Assembly (NCBI RefSeq): GCF_006345805.1 | Contig: NC_043005.1 | Span: forward strand, 83,328,001-83,392,000 | From: Octopus sinensis | Taxonomy: Eukaryota | Direction of reading: 5' to 3' | DNA: 64,000 nt | In this document: positions 39,022-56,185 of the stretch, piece after piece | How the letters are laid out: each line of letters starts with the position of its first letter | Numbering within the stretch: the first letter of the stretch is position 1 | Translations under genes and position numbers: made by a program | Notes under the pieces: model-generated | What the model saw: only the letters and a program-made list of their open reading frames with translations | What the model was told of the DNA's origin: nothing | Databases searched by the model: none

Positions 39022-40290
39022 TCAGGTCATTAAGAATGAAATGTCCGATTTTGAACCAAAAGTTTATTTTATCTCAACAAAAAGCAATGCAGTTAATCAA
39101 AGTATGCACCTTAATTATCAACACAATTAATTTTGCCATTTTATTGGTAGCATGCAGGCAGTAAAGAATTCTGGAGAGCAAGAGGTGATGATATCACGAA
39201 AGACTGTTTTTGCATCTTCTTAAGATTTTTCATTGCAAAAAGTTGTCTAATACCTGGAATCTGTGATAGTCAGCTGGTGCAAGGTCTGGTGAATATGGTG
39301 GATGGCAGAGTACTTCCAAGTTCAGTTCCTGTAACTTGAATAGCATTCTTTGGACAACATGCAGTTGAACATTGTCTTGCAAGAGAATTGGCCTGTTTCT
39401 ATTGGCCAATCTTGGTTGCTTAATTGCAAGTTCACTCATCATTTCATCTTATTGTTGATGTTTACATCCGCTGTAATTGACTTACCAGGTTTCATGAAGC
39501 TGTAGTGGATGACACCAGCACTGCACCACCAAATAGACACCATTAGCTTTTTTTGGTGAATATTCTTTTTTGGATTGTGTTTTGGCACTTCATCTATATC
39601 AAACCACCATGCAAAATGCTTGCTATTACTGAAAAGAATCCACTTTTCATCACACATAACAGTATGATGCAAAAATGGTTCACTTTTATGCCATGACAGC
39701 AAAGAACACCAAGTTTCAAGACAATATTTCATTTGATGCTCATTCAGTTCATGTGGTACCCACTTGTCTAGCTTCTTTACCTTGCTGATTTGTTTCAGAT
39801 GGTCTAATACAGTTGGAATCAAAACATCAAACCTTGCTGCTAACTCACGTGTAGTTTGAGATGTATCTGCTTCCACTACAGAGTCTAACTCATCATTAGC
39901 CACCTTGGTCTCAGGTCTACCACAGGGCTGATTTTCAAGAGTAAAGTCACCAGACCAGAACTTCTCAAACTACCAATGTACAGTGCATTCATTCACCACA
40001 TCTTCACCTAATACCTCATTGATATTTTGAGCTGTCTGGGATGCATTGGTTCCATGATGGAACTTATATTCATAAACAACATGAATTTTTGATCTATCCA
40101 TGGATTCACAAAAGTTGATTTACAAGAGAAAACTCACAATATAATCAGACATCATGAATTGCATTTCTAAAACTGATGATGTAACTCTTCAATGTTGTAA
40201 AACAAAGAATTGTCAGAATAAAACATTAGAGTTAACGACTGTCAAACTCAGTGCATAAGAAAATCCGACATTTCATTCTTAATGACTTGA
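39022..40290 (-). mobile_element. Mariner (DD34D) transposon, full length, transposase broken
   Basis: TIRs tcaggtcattaagaatgaaatgtccgatt and aatccgacatttcattcttaatgacttga. Motifs WVPHEL, CDEKW, LQDNV and YSPDLAPADY, with 34 residues between the second and third Asp. Confidence 0.93.
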
Positions 40291-40291
40291 G

Positions 40292-40355
<64 letters not shown>

Positions 40356-43300
40356 CATATATATATATTTCTTTGCATATTTTTCAATATAACAATGGAA
40401 AAGTTAGTTATTTATACAAAACCTCTCCAAATATTTAATTAGTTTAAAAAGATAAATAAGACATATACATATGTTGTATATTTCAATACAACTATGATTA
40501 TGAAAGAGCTAACACTATTGCACAAAGATTATTGTTTAATTGTTGATAAAATTGTCATTTAATTTTAATCTTTAAAACTCTACCAATAATGAGAAAACTG
40601 GTTTCTCTCATAGACAAAAGCAAAAAGATTCAACAGAAAAAACATAATTAAAAAATAGAGTTGTAAGTAGACCTATAAATAAGATTATAAATATATAAAT
40701 AAATGCACATACATAGTTTTATCTTTGATTAAAAATACAAGATAAGTTTACTGTCAAACACCAGATGTCCGTCCCACTATGTTGGAATATATTTTGATTT
40801 TGTTTTTCAATGCATCCAGTTAAAATTGATCACATGTGTAACACATTGAAGGTGAATGTTTTGTGATTTATCTGTATAGATAACACTTGCTGAGTTTTGA
40901 TTTATGTAGAAAAATCATTAAAATATTTAGCAATTTAACCCTTTAACACTTACTTATTTAAGCCTTTCATGTTTTATGGAGCATAGGTCATCCAACGATT
41001 TTTTGACCCCGGTATGCAACTGGTATTTATATTATTGATCCTAAAAGAATGAAAGGTAAAGTTGACCTTGGCAGAATTTGAACTCAGAATGGAAGGACAG
41101 ATGAAATGCTGCTAATGTGTGGAAATGCTTCTTCCTGTTCACTGCCGGGTTGTCAGCAACTAAACTGGCAAACCCATCAAGCTTGCTTGGTGAGTAGGGT
41201 GATTGTTGGACACCAGGTGGGATGAAAAATAAGCCTGTCAAAGGCAAAAGAATGACTGTGTAGTCAATGGCCAATTCAACAAGTACCTTGTCGTGATGAA
41301 GTGCCTGTGTGCTCCATTGACCCAGAGAGCTATGCTGGAGGGAGAAAAATCTTCAGTCAGGTCTTACCAGACCAGACAGGTGAAAGGGTAGGAGACAAAC
41401 AAAACTTTAATGACAATAAATCAGATTATTGGCAGCAGGGCGTGGATTTAGTTAATGGCAGGACTTAACAGATTCCTGGCTTTGAACTAGCAGGATATCA
41501 TGAAGAGGATCTTGAATACAAGACAATGGATGAGACCCTAATATTCCTAGTTAGATGTAAACTGCAGGACCGCATGGAGCAGTGCCCTGTGAATCCTACA
41601 GTACACACAACCAAAACCCATATGAATCCACACATTCGGGGTGTCCTATAGGACAACCTAGATGAGATGAGATGATGTTCACTGCTATAATAATACTAAT
41701 AATAGTACTAATAATAATCGTTTCTCCTGTAGGCACAAGGCCTGAAATTTGATGGGAGAGGACTGGTTGATCACATCAACACCAGTTCTTGATTGGTACT
41801 TATTTTATTGACCCCTAAAGGATAACCGTAGGCTGTCTTCTTCCAGGTCTTGTTGGTTTTGAATTGTCATCAATGCTTTGGTAACTTTGCATTTCTTTCT
41901 AGGAGGGGTGTTGCCCTATGCAAACCTATATTTACCTCTGGGAAGGGTTGGATCATATTCATCTAACTTCTAACCTTTGACTTACCTAGCATGGGAGGTA
42001 TCTATCTGGAGCTTACACTTCACTGACATAGCTTTCGGAGTGATTGATACACACAAGCCGCAACAAAGACTGGACTTTGGCATGGAACTCTATAATACTA
42101 ACGTTTATATTTTTTTATACTTTCAAATATTGAACTTTTATAGGAAGAAAGCAGCAAAATTGAAAGCTTGGATGAGCTCTAAAGATTATGTCTGTTATGA
42201 ACAACATTAATATACACACTTGAAGCAGCTTTAGATTAAAACACCAGTATGTATAACATGATATATATTAGTAACAGAGGAAGTATTAATACTGAGAAGT
42301 AATATTTATCCCCACAGATACACCAGAGTTATAATAAAAGTATCATTCTGTTATACATTTAATCCTCTTCCTTTCAATTAGAAATAAATATCCAATCTTA
42401 CAACCTAACTCTTGGGTACCTTTAGTAGAGGAGTCTGCTCAGTTGCAAGTATTCAACTCGATTCTCTCTTCTGGTCCAGTTAAACACCATCGCCTGATCC
42501 TTGGGTGCCTTTAACAGAAGAGTCCACTTTATTGCAAGCATTCAACCCAGGTCAATGCCATTCAGAGAAGTCTTTAACAACTCCCTGTAATTTGCATTTC
42601 ATTTGATGCCAATCCACCTGAGACCATTCCTGGCTTCATGCTACAAACTTCGTTTTCAAATGATCAAAATTAAAACCTATCATCAAAATTTCATGGTCAT
42701 TTATGCTCCAAACCAGGCCGGTGGTCTGGCAGAATCCTTAGCACACTGAACAAAGTGCTTAACAGCATTTCGTCCATCTTTATATTACCTTTCATTCTTT
42801 CAAGGTCAATAAAATAAGTACCAGTTGAATACTGGGGTCAGTGTAATTGACTTAACCATTTCCCTGAACTTGCTGGCCTTATGTCAAAATTTGAAATCAA
42901 TTTATGTTCCAAACACCCACTTAATAATGACAAAGACATTTTAATAAATTCTTCTATATTTTCAAAATTAATTGAAACAAAAGACAATGTGTTTCAGCAG
43001 AGATATTGTAACAAAAGAATTCTGTATGTTCAAAGGTATCCCAGTCATGTATGTATGTATGTATGTATGTATGGATGGATGGATGGATGTATGGATGGAT
43101 GGATGCATGCATGCATGTATGTATCACATTTGTAGAATGAAAAGCGCTGGAATGAAAACTGCAAGGGAATTTTTATGATTCTCTAACAATAATAATAATA
43201 ATCCTTTCTACTAGAAGCATAAGGCCTCAAATTACATCAACCCCAGTGCATAACTGGTACTTATTTAATCAACCCTGAAAAGATGAATGGCAAAGTTGAA

Positions 43301-43424
43301 CTAGGCGGAATTTGAATTCAGAACATAACAGCAGATGAAATACCTCTAAGCATTTCACCCAGAGTGCTAATAATAATAATAATAGCAATAATAATAAAAA
43401 AACAACCACAATATGACTTCAAGT

Positions 43425-43890
43425 GTACATCCAAAGTAAAACCAACTGGATGATACAGCTGGCTAGGTAGCGTGAACAGATTAAGAAAACTGTACTCAAT
43501 CTCAAATGAGGCATGTAAAAACAGGGAAGAGCTTAACCTGCTTGATTATGATGATGATGATAAAGAGGACACACCACCCACTAAGGCAGCAAAAAAATGT
43601 AAAACAAAAGTCAAACAAGAAAGCCTGAAGGAAATATGGAGACTGTGGCAAGAAAAACCATTGCATGGGCAATACCCTAAACAGGCTAGGAAAGTTGATG
43701 TAGATAGAAGAATCCATCAGTGGTTGCAGAGTGTTGGTTTGAAAGCCGAAACAGGAGGATTCATCCTAGTAGCACAAGACCAGAGTCCCCTCACTTGGAA
43801 CTATCAAGCTAATGTCACACAATGAGGTAGACACAAAGTGTAGATTCTGCAATGACAAACTTGTGAGTATTGACCACATTGTTGAAGCCC
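43425..43890 (+). mobile_element. R4/Dong-like (RLE-type) non-LTR retroelement fragment
   Basis: WQEKPLHGQYP..WL..GLKAETGGFILVAQDQS.LT.NY, followed by TKCRFC..SIDHIV (zinc-knuckle region). Confidence 0.75.
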
Positions 43891-44125
43891 AACAGCACTC
43901 TGCCACCCTTCTCGTCTGTTCTCCCTACTGTCAACTGTATCATTGCAAGTCTGTTGCTCCTCTATATACTTGTGTTTCTCCACTCATTGCATTCCTTTTT
44001 GCCTCCTCTTACCCCTTTTCCCTCTCATGAACTCCCTGCTCACACACTTTGCCCAATCCACTACCACTCCATTTACATTCACCTCCTTGTATCTTGAGAG
44101 TATGATCTGGCCCATAGCCACCACT

Positions 44126-44184
<59 letters not shown>

Positions 44185-45175
44185 ATCTCTCTTTCTCTAA
44201 CTGGAGTAACCATTGCACCTCCTCTGCCCCACTATCTTACTTTAACTTCTCATCACTTGACACAAAGCTACCACATTTATTGCCATTTCTCCCTCTCATT
44301 TGAGAGACTTTGTCTTGAAATGCACGTCACTTGGTGACCTCACCAGTGCTGGTGCCACATAAAAAGCACCCAATACACTCTGTAAAGTGGCTGGCATTAG
44401 GAAGGGCATCCAGCCATAGAAACCATGCCAAATCAACCAACAGAGTTAAGTACAGTGCTCTGGCTTGCCAGCTACTATCAAACCATCCAACCCATGCCAG
44501 CACAGAAGACAGACATTGGAAGAGGAGGAGCAGGATGATGATGATGATAATGGAGAACAATAATTCAATAAAAAGGATTTCTCTAACTTTTATATTTTTA
44601 AATTAGTCTATTTTAATGATGATGATGATTACAATGATGATGATAATTAATAATAAGAAGAAACAAAATAATAACTCACATGCTTACAATGAATGACATC
44701 ACAAGGTTTACATCCCCCCATTAAAGCAATTAGTGTTTAGAAGTCCTTACCCTCTTGTCTTAAGATCTAATTAATGTTTGGCCTCATTTATCTCATCTCT
44801 TGTGTTTTGTTTGTTTGTGTGTAAGCATGTCTACATGCATTCATGTGCGTGTGTATATGTGTGTGTATGTATGCGTATATATGCATGTAGATGTGCTGTT
44901 TGTCTTTGTTTTGCTAAAGTTTTTTTTTTACTTTTTGTTCTGTCCTCTCCTTTTACTTTCACACACTTTGCCTTATCTACCACCCCCAAATCTCTCTCTC
45001 TCTCTCCCTATCTCTCTCTCCCTCTCCCCCCCTCTCTCTCTCTCTCTATCTGTCTGCCTGCCTTTGCCTTTGTGATTCAGCTGTACTTTCCCATCAATAT
45101 GATTAGATAAATAGCACTAATAAGAAACGGAGAATCCATCCTACTTGTTAATTTTTCCAGATCTCCAGCAATATC

Positions 45176-45236
45176 ATGATGTTACTTCAAGTATTAGGCA
45201 GCTTATTGCTGTCTTTACTGGCATTATACGTTGTAG
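45176..45236 (+). CDS. GH18 chitinase coding exon 1 (signal peptide MMLLQVLGSLLLSLLALYVV)
   Basis: Hydrophobic leader; acceptor tttttccag at 45160 upstream; donor G|gtaagt. Phase 1 matches the next exon (G+AG = Glu). Confidence 0.8.
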
Positions 45237-45771
45237 GTAAGTAACTTACACCTTTTATAAGCACACACACATACATTGCTCATTTGTTTTATATCTATTC
45301 TTTCATACTTGCATGGTTTAGACAAATATATTATTGAGACATTCTTTTTACAGCTGAATGCCTTTCCTGTCACTAACCTTTATCTTTTTTCATGCAAATC
45401 CTTTATTTTATACATCCGGGATATTGAAAAGCAAACAGATAAATTATTAACAGAAGAACTGAATAATAACTCATTGCAACTGTTATAGAATGCTAACACA
45501 AACCAACATACAAATACACACATACATGCACACACACAGACACATGTGTACTTGTGTGTGTGTGTATGTGCATGTGTGTTTATGTCGTGTGCTTGTCCCC
45601 CCACCCCCACTTGACAACTAGTTTTAATTCATTTATGTCCCAGTAACTTAGCAGTTTGGCAAAAGAGAGTGATAGAATAATTGCCAGAATGGGGTTAATT
45701 TGTTCAACTAAAACTTTTGAAGGTGGTGCCCCAGCATGACCACAATCCAATGACTGAAACACATAAAAGAT

Positions 45772-45806
<35 letters not shown>

Positions 45807-46644
45807 CATATGTATTTATACACATGTACACACACACACACACACAATATATATATATATGTAGAAGTAATTCAAATTCAGTTGAATTAAGTACTTAAGT
45901 TGAAGCACCATGTCAGTCCTGTATTATCCACACAGCTCGAAGTAGGGTGAATAAAATCAAAATAAGCACCAGGATATCAAGAAGTGATGCAGTACGACCG
46001 TTTCAAGTGACTCCATTTAAGTGAACAATGCAATCATTACATCAATTTAAATGCAGTCCTGCATTTAAATTGATGCATGTATGTATGTATTGCTCCTTCC
46101 TGGGCCAAATAGACTCAAGGCCAGATTTCCAGCTTCTGTGGTGTATATCTTCCCTCCTGGACAAGACGATAGTCTGTCGCAGCAATACTCATTTTTACCA
46201 ACTGATTGGACTGGAGCAACATGAAATGAAGTATCTTGCTCAAGAACACAATGCATTGCCCGATCCAGGATTCAAAACTACAACTTTCCAATCATGAGTC
46301 CAATACCTTAACCATTAAGCCATGCACCTCTTTGGTCAGTCCAAGGTATAGTAGAAGACATTTGCCCAAGGTGCCACACAGTAGGACCAAACCCAGAACC
46401 ATGTAGTTGAGAAGCAAACTTCTTACCAGTCCCATAAAACTGCTGTTACAAGTTGGAATCACTAGGCTGTAGCCAACATATCATAGGAGCTTTTATGTAT
46501 GTACTCAAAAACATTTCCCGTAAATGAACTAAAAGTATATATATATATAATCACATAAATGCAAAACAAGGTAGAGGAAAATGGTACAAGCTATCATCGG
46601 ATGATGGCTAAAACTTGAAAGTCACTGTCAAAAGCATTCTTGAC

Positions 46645-47150
46645 ATTGGTGCTAAGACAGTCTACAATACTATACACAGGGAAGATATGATTGTATGTGA
46701 CAGGGAACAAAAGTTATTCACTGTTGTAGATATCAGCTGTCCAATGGATGTGAATATCACTTCAAAATTTGGGGAATAGAAGAAAATGTGTGTAGAAATG
46801 ATGAGAAACCTGTAGCTCTTATATCCAGGATACAGACCAGTGGTTCTCAAGTGGGGTCCAAGTGACCCTTGGGACTCCATATAAGATTTTGTTGTCAAAA
46901 TTAATGTGCAATTGGTTATACTTCTATAATATACAAAATAGTGTAATAATTTTTTATTACAGTTGCAAATGATATTTAAACTTAAAAATATAATAGAATT
47001 TTTTAAACATCGCCTGGATATGGGAAGTCTAGTAGAGTAAAGTAAGAATCAAAGGGGCCTATAGAAAAAAAGTGGTTGAGAACCACTGATATAGACTTGC
47101 ATTTGTTCTCATTGTCATGGGTGCACTGGGCTACATAACAACAGGTATCC
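46645..47150 (+). mobile_element. RLE-type LINE endonuclease fragment interrupted by a hAT MITE
   Basis: DMIVCDREQKLFTVVDISCPMDVNI..LYPGY [MITE] LAFVLIVMGALG, resembling an R2/R4-type restriction-like endonuclease domain. Confidence 0.65.
46838..47088. mobile_element. hAT (Charlie/MER5-like) MITE
   Basis: TIRs cagtggttctcaa and ttgagaaccactg; 8-bp TSD atacagac/atatagac. Confidence 0.9.
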
Positions 47151-47473
47151 ATATAAACTATCTGTCTGTATGTGTATATATATAGTTATGAAATATATAG
47201 ATTGCTTAGAAGTGGTCAAGTTGAAACTGAAATGTTAGACAGGTATAAAAAAGATAAAAGGAAAATATCTGAATTTTTTCCTTTTATTTTTTATACCTAT
47301 ATATATAAATATATATATATATATATTGATAAAACGGTAAGATAACAAAAGAAAGAAAGAGACCTCAATATTATGTAAATAGAGGAAATTTATCATATTG
47401 TAACATATTGTATAGATATGTAACATATTGTATAGATATATATATATATATTATATATATATATATAAATATA

Positions 47474-47513
<40 letters not shown>

Positions 47514-48491
47514 ATACACACACACACACATACATACATACACACATACATACACAAATACATATATATACAGATAGAGATAGACAAACAGGCAAACAAA
47601 CAGAGACAGAGAGAGAGAGGTATATTCTCTCTCACATTAATACCATACATACAAACTCCCTTTCACACACACACATACACAGGTAGATTAATAGAGAAAT
47701 GTACTCACACACACACACACACACACATAATTGTGTATGGTAGCAAATGCATGAAATATAGGTTAATGAAAAGAAAAGCATAGGTATTCATGAATTGTTT
47801 TTCAACAATCTATAAGTGCCAACTAGCACTTCATAACATACCAACTCACTGAATTTTATTTCCTTATTACTCAAACTCACTCAAAATGTAGATAACATCA
47901 CTCACACACAAACACACACACACTCCCCTCACAAATTGTTTTGTAGATTTCTGTGTGGTTATATAAATCATTTAAAACCTCATTCTGTTATCATAAGTAT
48001 GCAACATGATAATGCTTATATGGCTTTATTTCCTGTAAAGCTATTGTTTGCTTCATCCCAAGTCAGCCCTGATTAAATTAGCCTTCTATGATCAAAGACA
48101 TTCCCACTGCAGTCAGCTTATGTTTTTTTTTATAGGCATAATATACCTTAGACTATAATATCTAATGTGTCCTTGCTGGTTTTAGAATGATAGGGTACAA
48201 TTTGAAGTAGATTTGGCTGCAATTTCTAGCAGGTTGCCTGATCACAAACAAGCTGTAATGTTGGCTCATTTCATAGTTAATAAGATATATGTAAATGTCA
48301 CCTCATTTGCATTTATGAGTCTTATATGAACCACCAGGTACAGGCATGGCTGTGTGGATGGATACAGAGTTCATTTCAAGCTTTCACTTTTTATCTCACT
48401 GCGCCACTGCAAGGCACCTTGGACAAATGATAAGTGGCCTCATCATCATCATCATCATCATTAAATATTTAAATGCTTCTATATATTTCAG

Positions 48492-48687
48492 AGGCCAACC
48501 AGAGCTTTCGCCGAGTCTGCTACTACACCAACTGGAGTCAGTACAGAGAAGTACCAGCCAAGTTTCTGCCAGAAAATATTGATCCTCAATTATGTACCCA
48601 CATCATTTATGCATTCGCTACCCTGGAGGGCAACTACCTTAAACCTTTTGAGTGGAATGATGATTCAACACCATGGATGGTTGGAAT
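48492..48687 (+). CDS. GH18 chitinase coding exon 2
   Basis: (E)ANQSFRRVCYYTNWSQYR..KFLPENIDPQLCTHIIYAFA..FEWND..GM. Acceptor tttcag, donor gtaggt, phase 1 to 2. Confidence 0.96.
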
Positions 48688-48787
48688 GTAGGTAGAATGT
48701 GATACAAGTGAATTTGAGTACCAGTTCTTTGTTTCTTTTTATATTTCACTTCCATACACTTCAGTACTTTAGTGATAAACTAATTCT

Positions 48788-49184
48788 GTGGAGGCACAAT
48801 GGCCCAGTGGTTAGGGCAGCAGACTCGCGGTCATAGAATCGCGGTTTCGATTCCCAGACCGGGCGTTGTGAGTGTTTATTGAGCGAAAACACCTAAAGCT
48901 CCACGAGGCTCCGGCAGGGAATGGTGGTGATCCCTGGTGTACTCTTTCACCACAACTTTCTCTCACTCTTACTTCCTGTTTCTGTTGTATCTGTATTTCA
49001 AAGGGCAGGCCTTGTCACTCTCTGTGTCACGCTGAATATCCCCGAGAACTACGTTAAGGGTACACATGTCTGTGGAGTGCTCAGCCACTTGCATGTTAAT
49101 TTCACGAGCAGGCTGTTCCGTTGATTCGGATCAACCAGAACCCTCATCGTCGTAACCGACGGAGTGCTTCCAAAAAAGAAAACA
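48788..49184 (+). mobile_element. tRNA-derived SINE family C, intact with TSD
   Basis: A-box tggcccagtggttag, B-box-like gtttcgattcc, and a perfect 14-bp TSD gataaactaattct (48774-48787 and 49185-49198). Confidence 0.9.
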
Positions 49185-50647
49185 GATAAACTAATTCTAC
49201 ATTAATCTGTTTGATCCATTGGCACTGAGCTGGCAGAATCTTTAGCATGCCAAACAAAATAATGATTAGTGACATTTCATCCATTTTTATGTTCTGAGTT
49301 CAAATTCTGCTGAGGTTGACTTTACTTTTCCTTCTTTCAGGGCTGATCAAATAAGTACCATTAAGCACTGAGGCTGATGCAATCGACTAGCCCCTTCACC
49401 CAAAATTTAGGTCTTGTGCCAAAGTAGAAATGATTAAGAAACATTCTTGGTCATCCCTCACCATTCAGCCCTATTCAGTCACTACACTTGTTGCATACCA
49501 CTGATCCTCTCACTTCTCCATACTCTCTTGCAATCTCTACCCCACCACACACACATATTTCTAATTCCTCTCTCCCCACTCTTCTACTCACCTTGTAGAA
49601 GGGTCATCCAGACACCTCATCACCACCATTCTTATCTCTTACCAACTGCTCTATGATCACTCCCAATGTCTCTTCTAAAATGTCAGTAGTTGTGTAGTTC
49701 CTCCACAGCAAGGAAACTGGTTCTGCTCTTGCCCCTTTTCTCATACTTCTATCCCTCATCTCCTAACATAGAGTTACACCCTCAAGACTCATAGTCTTGC
49801 AAGCTATACAACGATGTAACTAGTGCCGGTATCACAAAAAAGCATCCAGTAGTTTATACTGTAAAGTGCTTGGCATCAGGAAGAGCATCCAGCCATAGAA
49901 ACCATGCCAAGGCATACACTGGAGCAGGATGCAGTCCTTGGACACATCAGATTCTGTCAGACTGTTCAATCCATACCAGCATGGAAGATGACTGGTAAAT
50001 GACGATGACAATGATGATGATGATGAAGCTTCTTGACATGAAAGCTCATCAACATCATCATCCTTTTCTTGACATTCACTTTTCCATGCTTGCATGGGTT
50101 AGATAGAATTTGTTGAGGCAGATCTTCAATGGCTGGAAACCCTTTCCTATCACCTGTTTCTAAGCAAGGTAATATTTCCCCTTGGCCAAAATACTCAGCT
50201 TGTATAACAAAGACATATTTTCTTCTTTTCACTCAAACACAGTTTTTCTAGAACTAAACTCCTGCAATGTATTCAACTTATTTCATCAGGATGGTAGAGT
50301 GTAATCTGATAGCGGTTAGGCTGTCATTTCTTGCAATTTGAGCAAAGCACGTGGTTGATCCCTCCCTGGCACAAATTTAATTTGATATTGTAATAATGAG
50401 TGTATAATTAAGAAAATTGTGTCAAACACCAGTCTGCATTTCTGTTTGTTTTGTATTTGTATTATCCAACTGTCATTGTCAGTAGGTGGTGTGTTGTGTT
50501 AAGAGGGCTGAGTTCAGATGTTGAGGTGACTCTACAAATTTCTCTCACTCATACTATCTCTTCCCCCACCTCTCAGTCTCTCTCTGTCTGTCTATATCTT
50601 ATTTTCCTTTTCACTCTTGGTATCTCTTTGTGTCTGCATGCGTGTGC

Positions 50648-51040
50648 ATGTATGTATGTATGTATGTATGTATGTATGTATGTATGTATGTATGTATGTA
50701 CGTATGTATGTATGTAAGTATGTATGTACGTATGTATGCATGTATGTATGTATGTACGTATGTATGTACGTATGTATGTATGTACGTATGTATGTATGTA
50801 TGTACGTATGTATGTATGTATATACGTATGTATGTACGTATGTATGTATGTATGTACGTATGTATGTAAGTAAGTGTGTATGTATGTATGTATGTACGTA
50901 TGTACGTATGTATGTATGTATGTATGTATGTATGTATGTATGTATGTATGTATGTATATATGTATGTACGTATGTATGTATGTATGTATGTGTATGTATG
51001 TATGTATGTATGTATGTATGTATGTATGTAGGTACGTATG
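50648..51040. repeat. (TATG)n microsatellite with TACG variants
   Basis: Direct inspection; this array produces the MYVC/HTYI pseudo-ORFs. Confidence 0.97.
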
Positions 51041-51239
51041 TACACAGGGGTGGTAATGCAAACAGGAAAAATAGAACTCAAAACATTTGTATGTATTGAT
51101 TATATATATTTTTATATTTTCATTAGTAATAATTACAGAGTGACTCATGGCTATAGCTACGCAGGAAATTCAACTTTTGTCTCATTTTATAGCTCTTGCT
51201 GAAATAGATAAACACACACACACAAACACACACACACAT

Positions 51240-51540
51240 GTGGAGGCACATAGCCTAGTGGTTAGAGCATCGGACTCGTGGTCAAGGGATCGCAGGTTCG
51301 AATCACAGACCGGGCGATGTGTGTTTTTATGAGCGAAACACCTAAGCCCCACGCAGCTCCGGCAGAAGGTAATGGCGAACTTCTGCAGACTCTTTCGCCA
51401 CAACTTTCTCTCCTCTTTCCTCCTACATCTTGCAGCTCACCTGCGACGGACCAGTGTCCTATCCAGGTGGGGAACCTATACACTAAGGAAACCGGGAAAC
51501 CGGCCCTTATGAGCCAGGCATGGCTCGAGAAGGAACAAAT
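51240..51540 (+). mobile_element. tRNA-derived SINE with a family C-like head
   Basis: gtggaggcacatagcctagtggttagagc..ggttcgaatc..gaccgggcg..gagcgaaacacctaagc. The 3' half differs from 48788-49184. Confidence 0.75.
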
Positions 51541-51594
51541 AACACGCACACAAGCACACACACGCATGTATATACTTACATGCACACACATATA

Positions 51595-52049
51595 TCATCA
51601 TCATCATCATCATCGTTTAACGTCCGCTTTCCATGCTAGCATGGGTTGGACGGTTCAACTGGGGTCTGGGAAGCCAGAAGGCTGCACTAGGCCCAGTCTG
51701 ATCTAGCAGTGTTTCTACAGTTGGATGCCCTTCCTAACGCCAACCACTCCGTGAGTGTAGTGTGTCCTTTTTACGTGCCAGACGAGCTGGCAAACGGCCA
51801 CGATTGGATGGTGCTTTTTACGTGCCGGTCGTTGCCAGTACTGCCTGATTGGCCCCTGTGCCGGTGGCACGTAAAAAACACCCACTACACTCTCGGAGTG
51901 GTTGGTGTTAGGAAGGGCATCCAGCTGTAGAAACTCTGCCAAATCAAGTTTGGAGCCTGGTGCAGCCATCTGGTTCGCCAGCCCTCAGTCAAAATCGTCC
52001 AACCCGTGCTAGTATGGAAAGTGGATGTTAAACGATGATGATGATGATG

Positions 52050-52050
<1 letters not shown>
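51595..52050. mobile_element. Two RTE 3'UTR copies in inverted orientation, tails outward
   Basis: A (cat)n-tailed minus copy abuts a plus copy ending in (gat)n; junction near 51830. Confidence 0.88.
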
Positions 52051-52080
<30 letters not shown>

Positions 52081-52094
52081 TATATATATATATA

Positions 52095-55645
<3,551 letters not shown>

Positions 55646-56071
55646 TATGTACATGCATTAACATATACACACATAAAATTGTCTTCCTCTCTCTCTCTTT
55701 CTCTCTCTTAGTTTCCTTGCTTAATTATGCAAGTCTAGAACATTTATTTAGTGACTCAAGTTAATCTACTGTTATTAATTACAACCCAAGAGAACAGGCA
55801 GCAAGTATCCATGCATAGTTAAGCACCAGACTAGATGCTTTATATTATTAGTTTATGTCTGTCTTACATTTGGGAATCTATACCTCATCTCAGTTGGTTT
55901 CTCAAACACATTCTGTTAATTTACTATGATAAAATCTTTTATATTGCAAAAAATCATATTGTTCCTATTCAAAAATAGTTCTATTAATTAAAAAATTGTG
56001 TGTGTGCATGCACACATGCTTGTATGATGTATGTGTGTATGTGTATGTGTGTGTATATATATGTATGTATG

Positions 56072-56102
<31 letters not shown>

Positions 56103-56112
56103 AGGGAGATAG

Positions 56113-56113
56113 G

Positions 56114-56185
<72 letters not shown>
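56113..56185. repeat. (GATA)n microsatellite
   Basis: Direct inspection. Confidence 0.97.
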
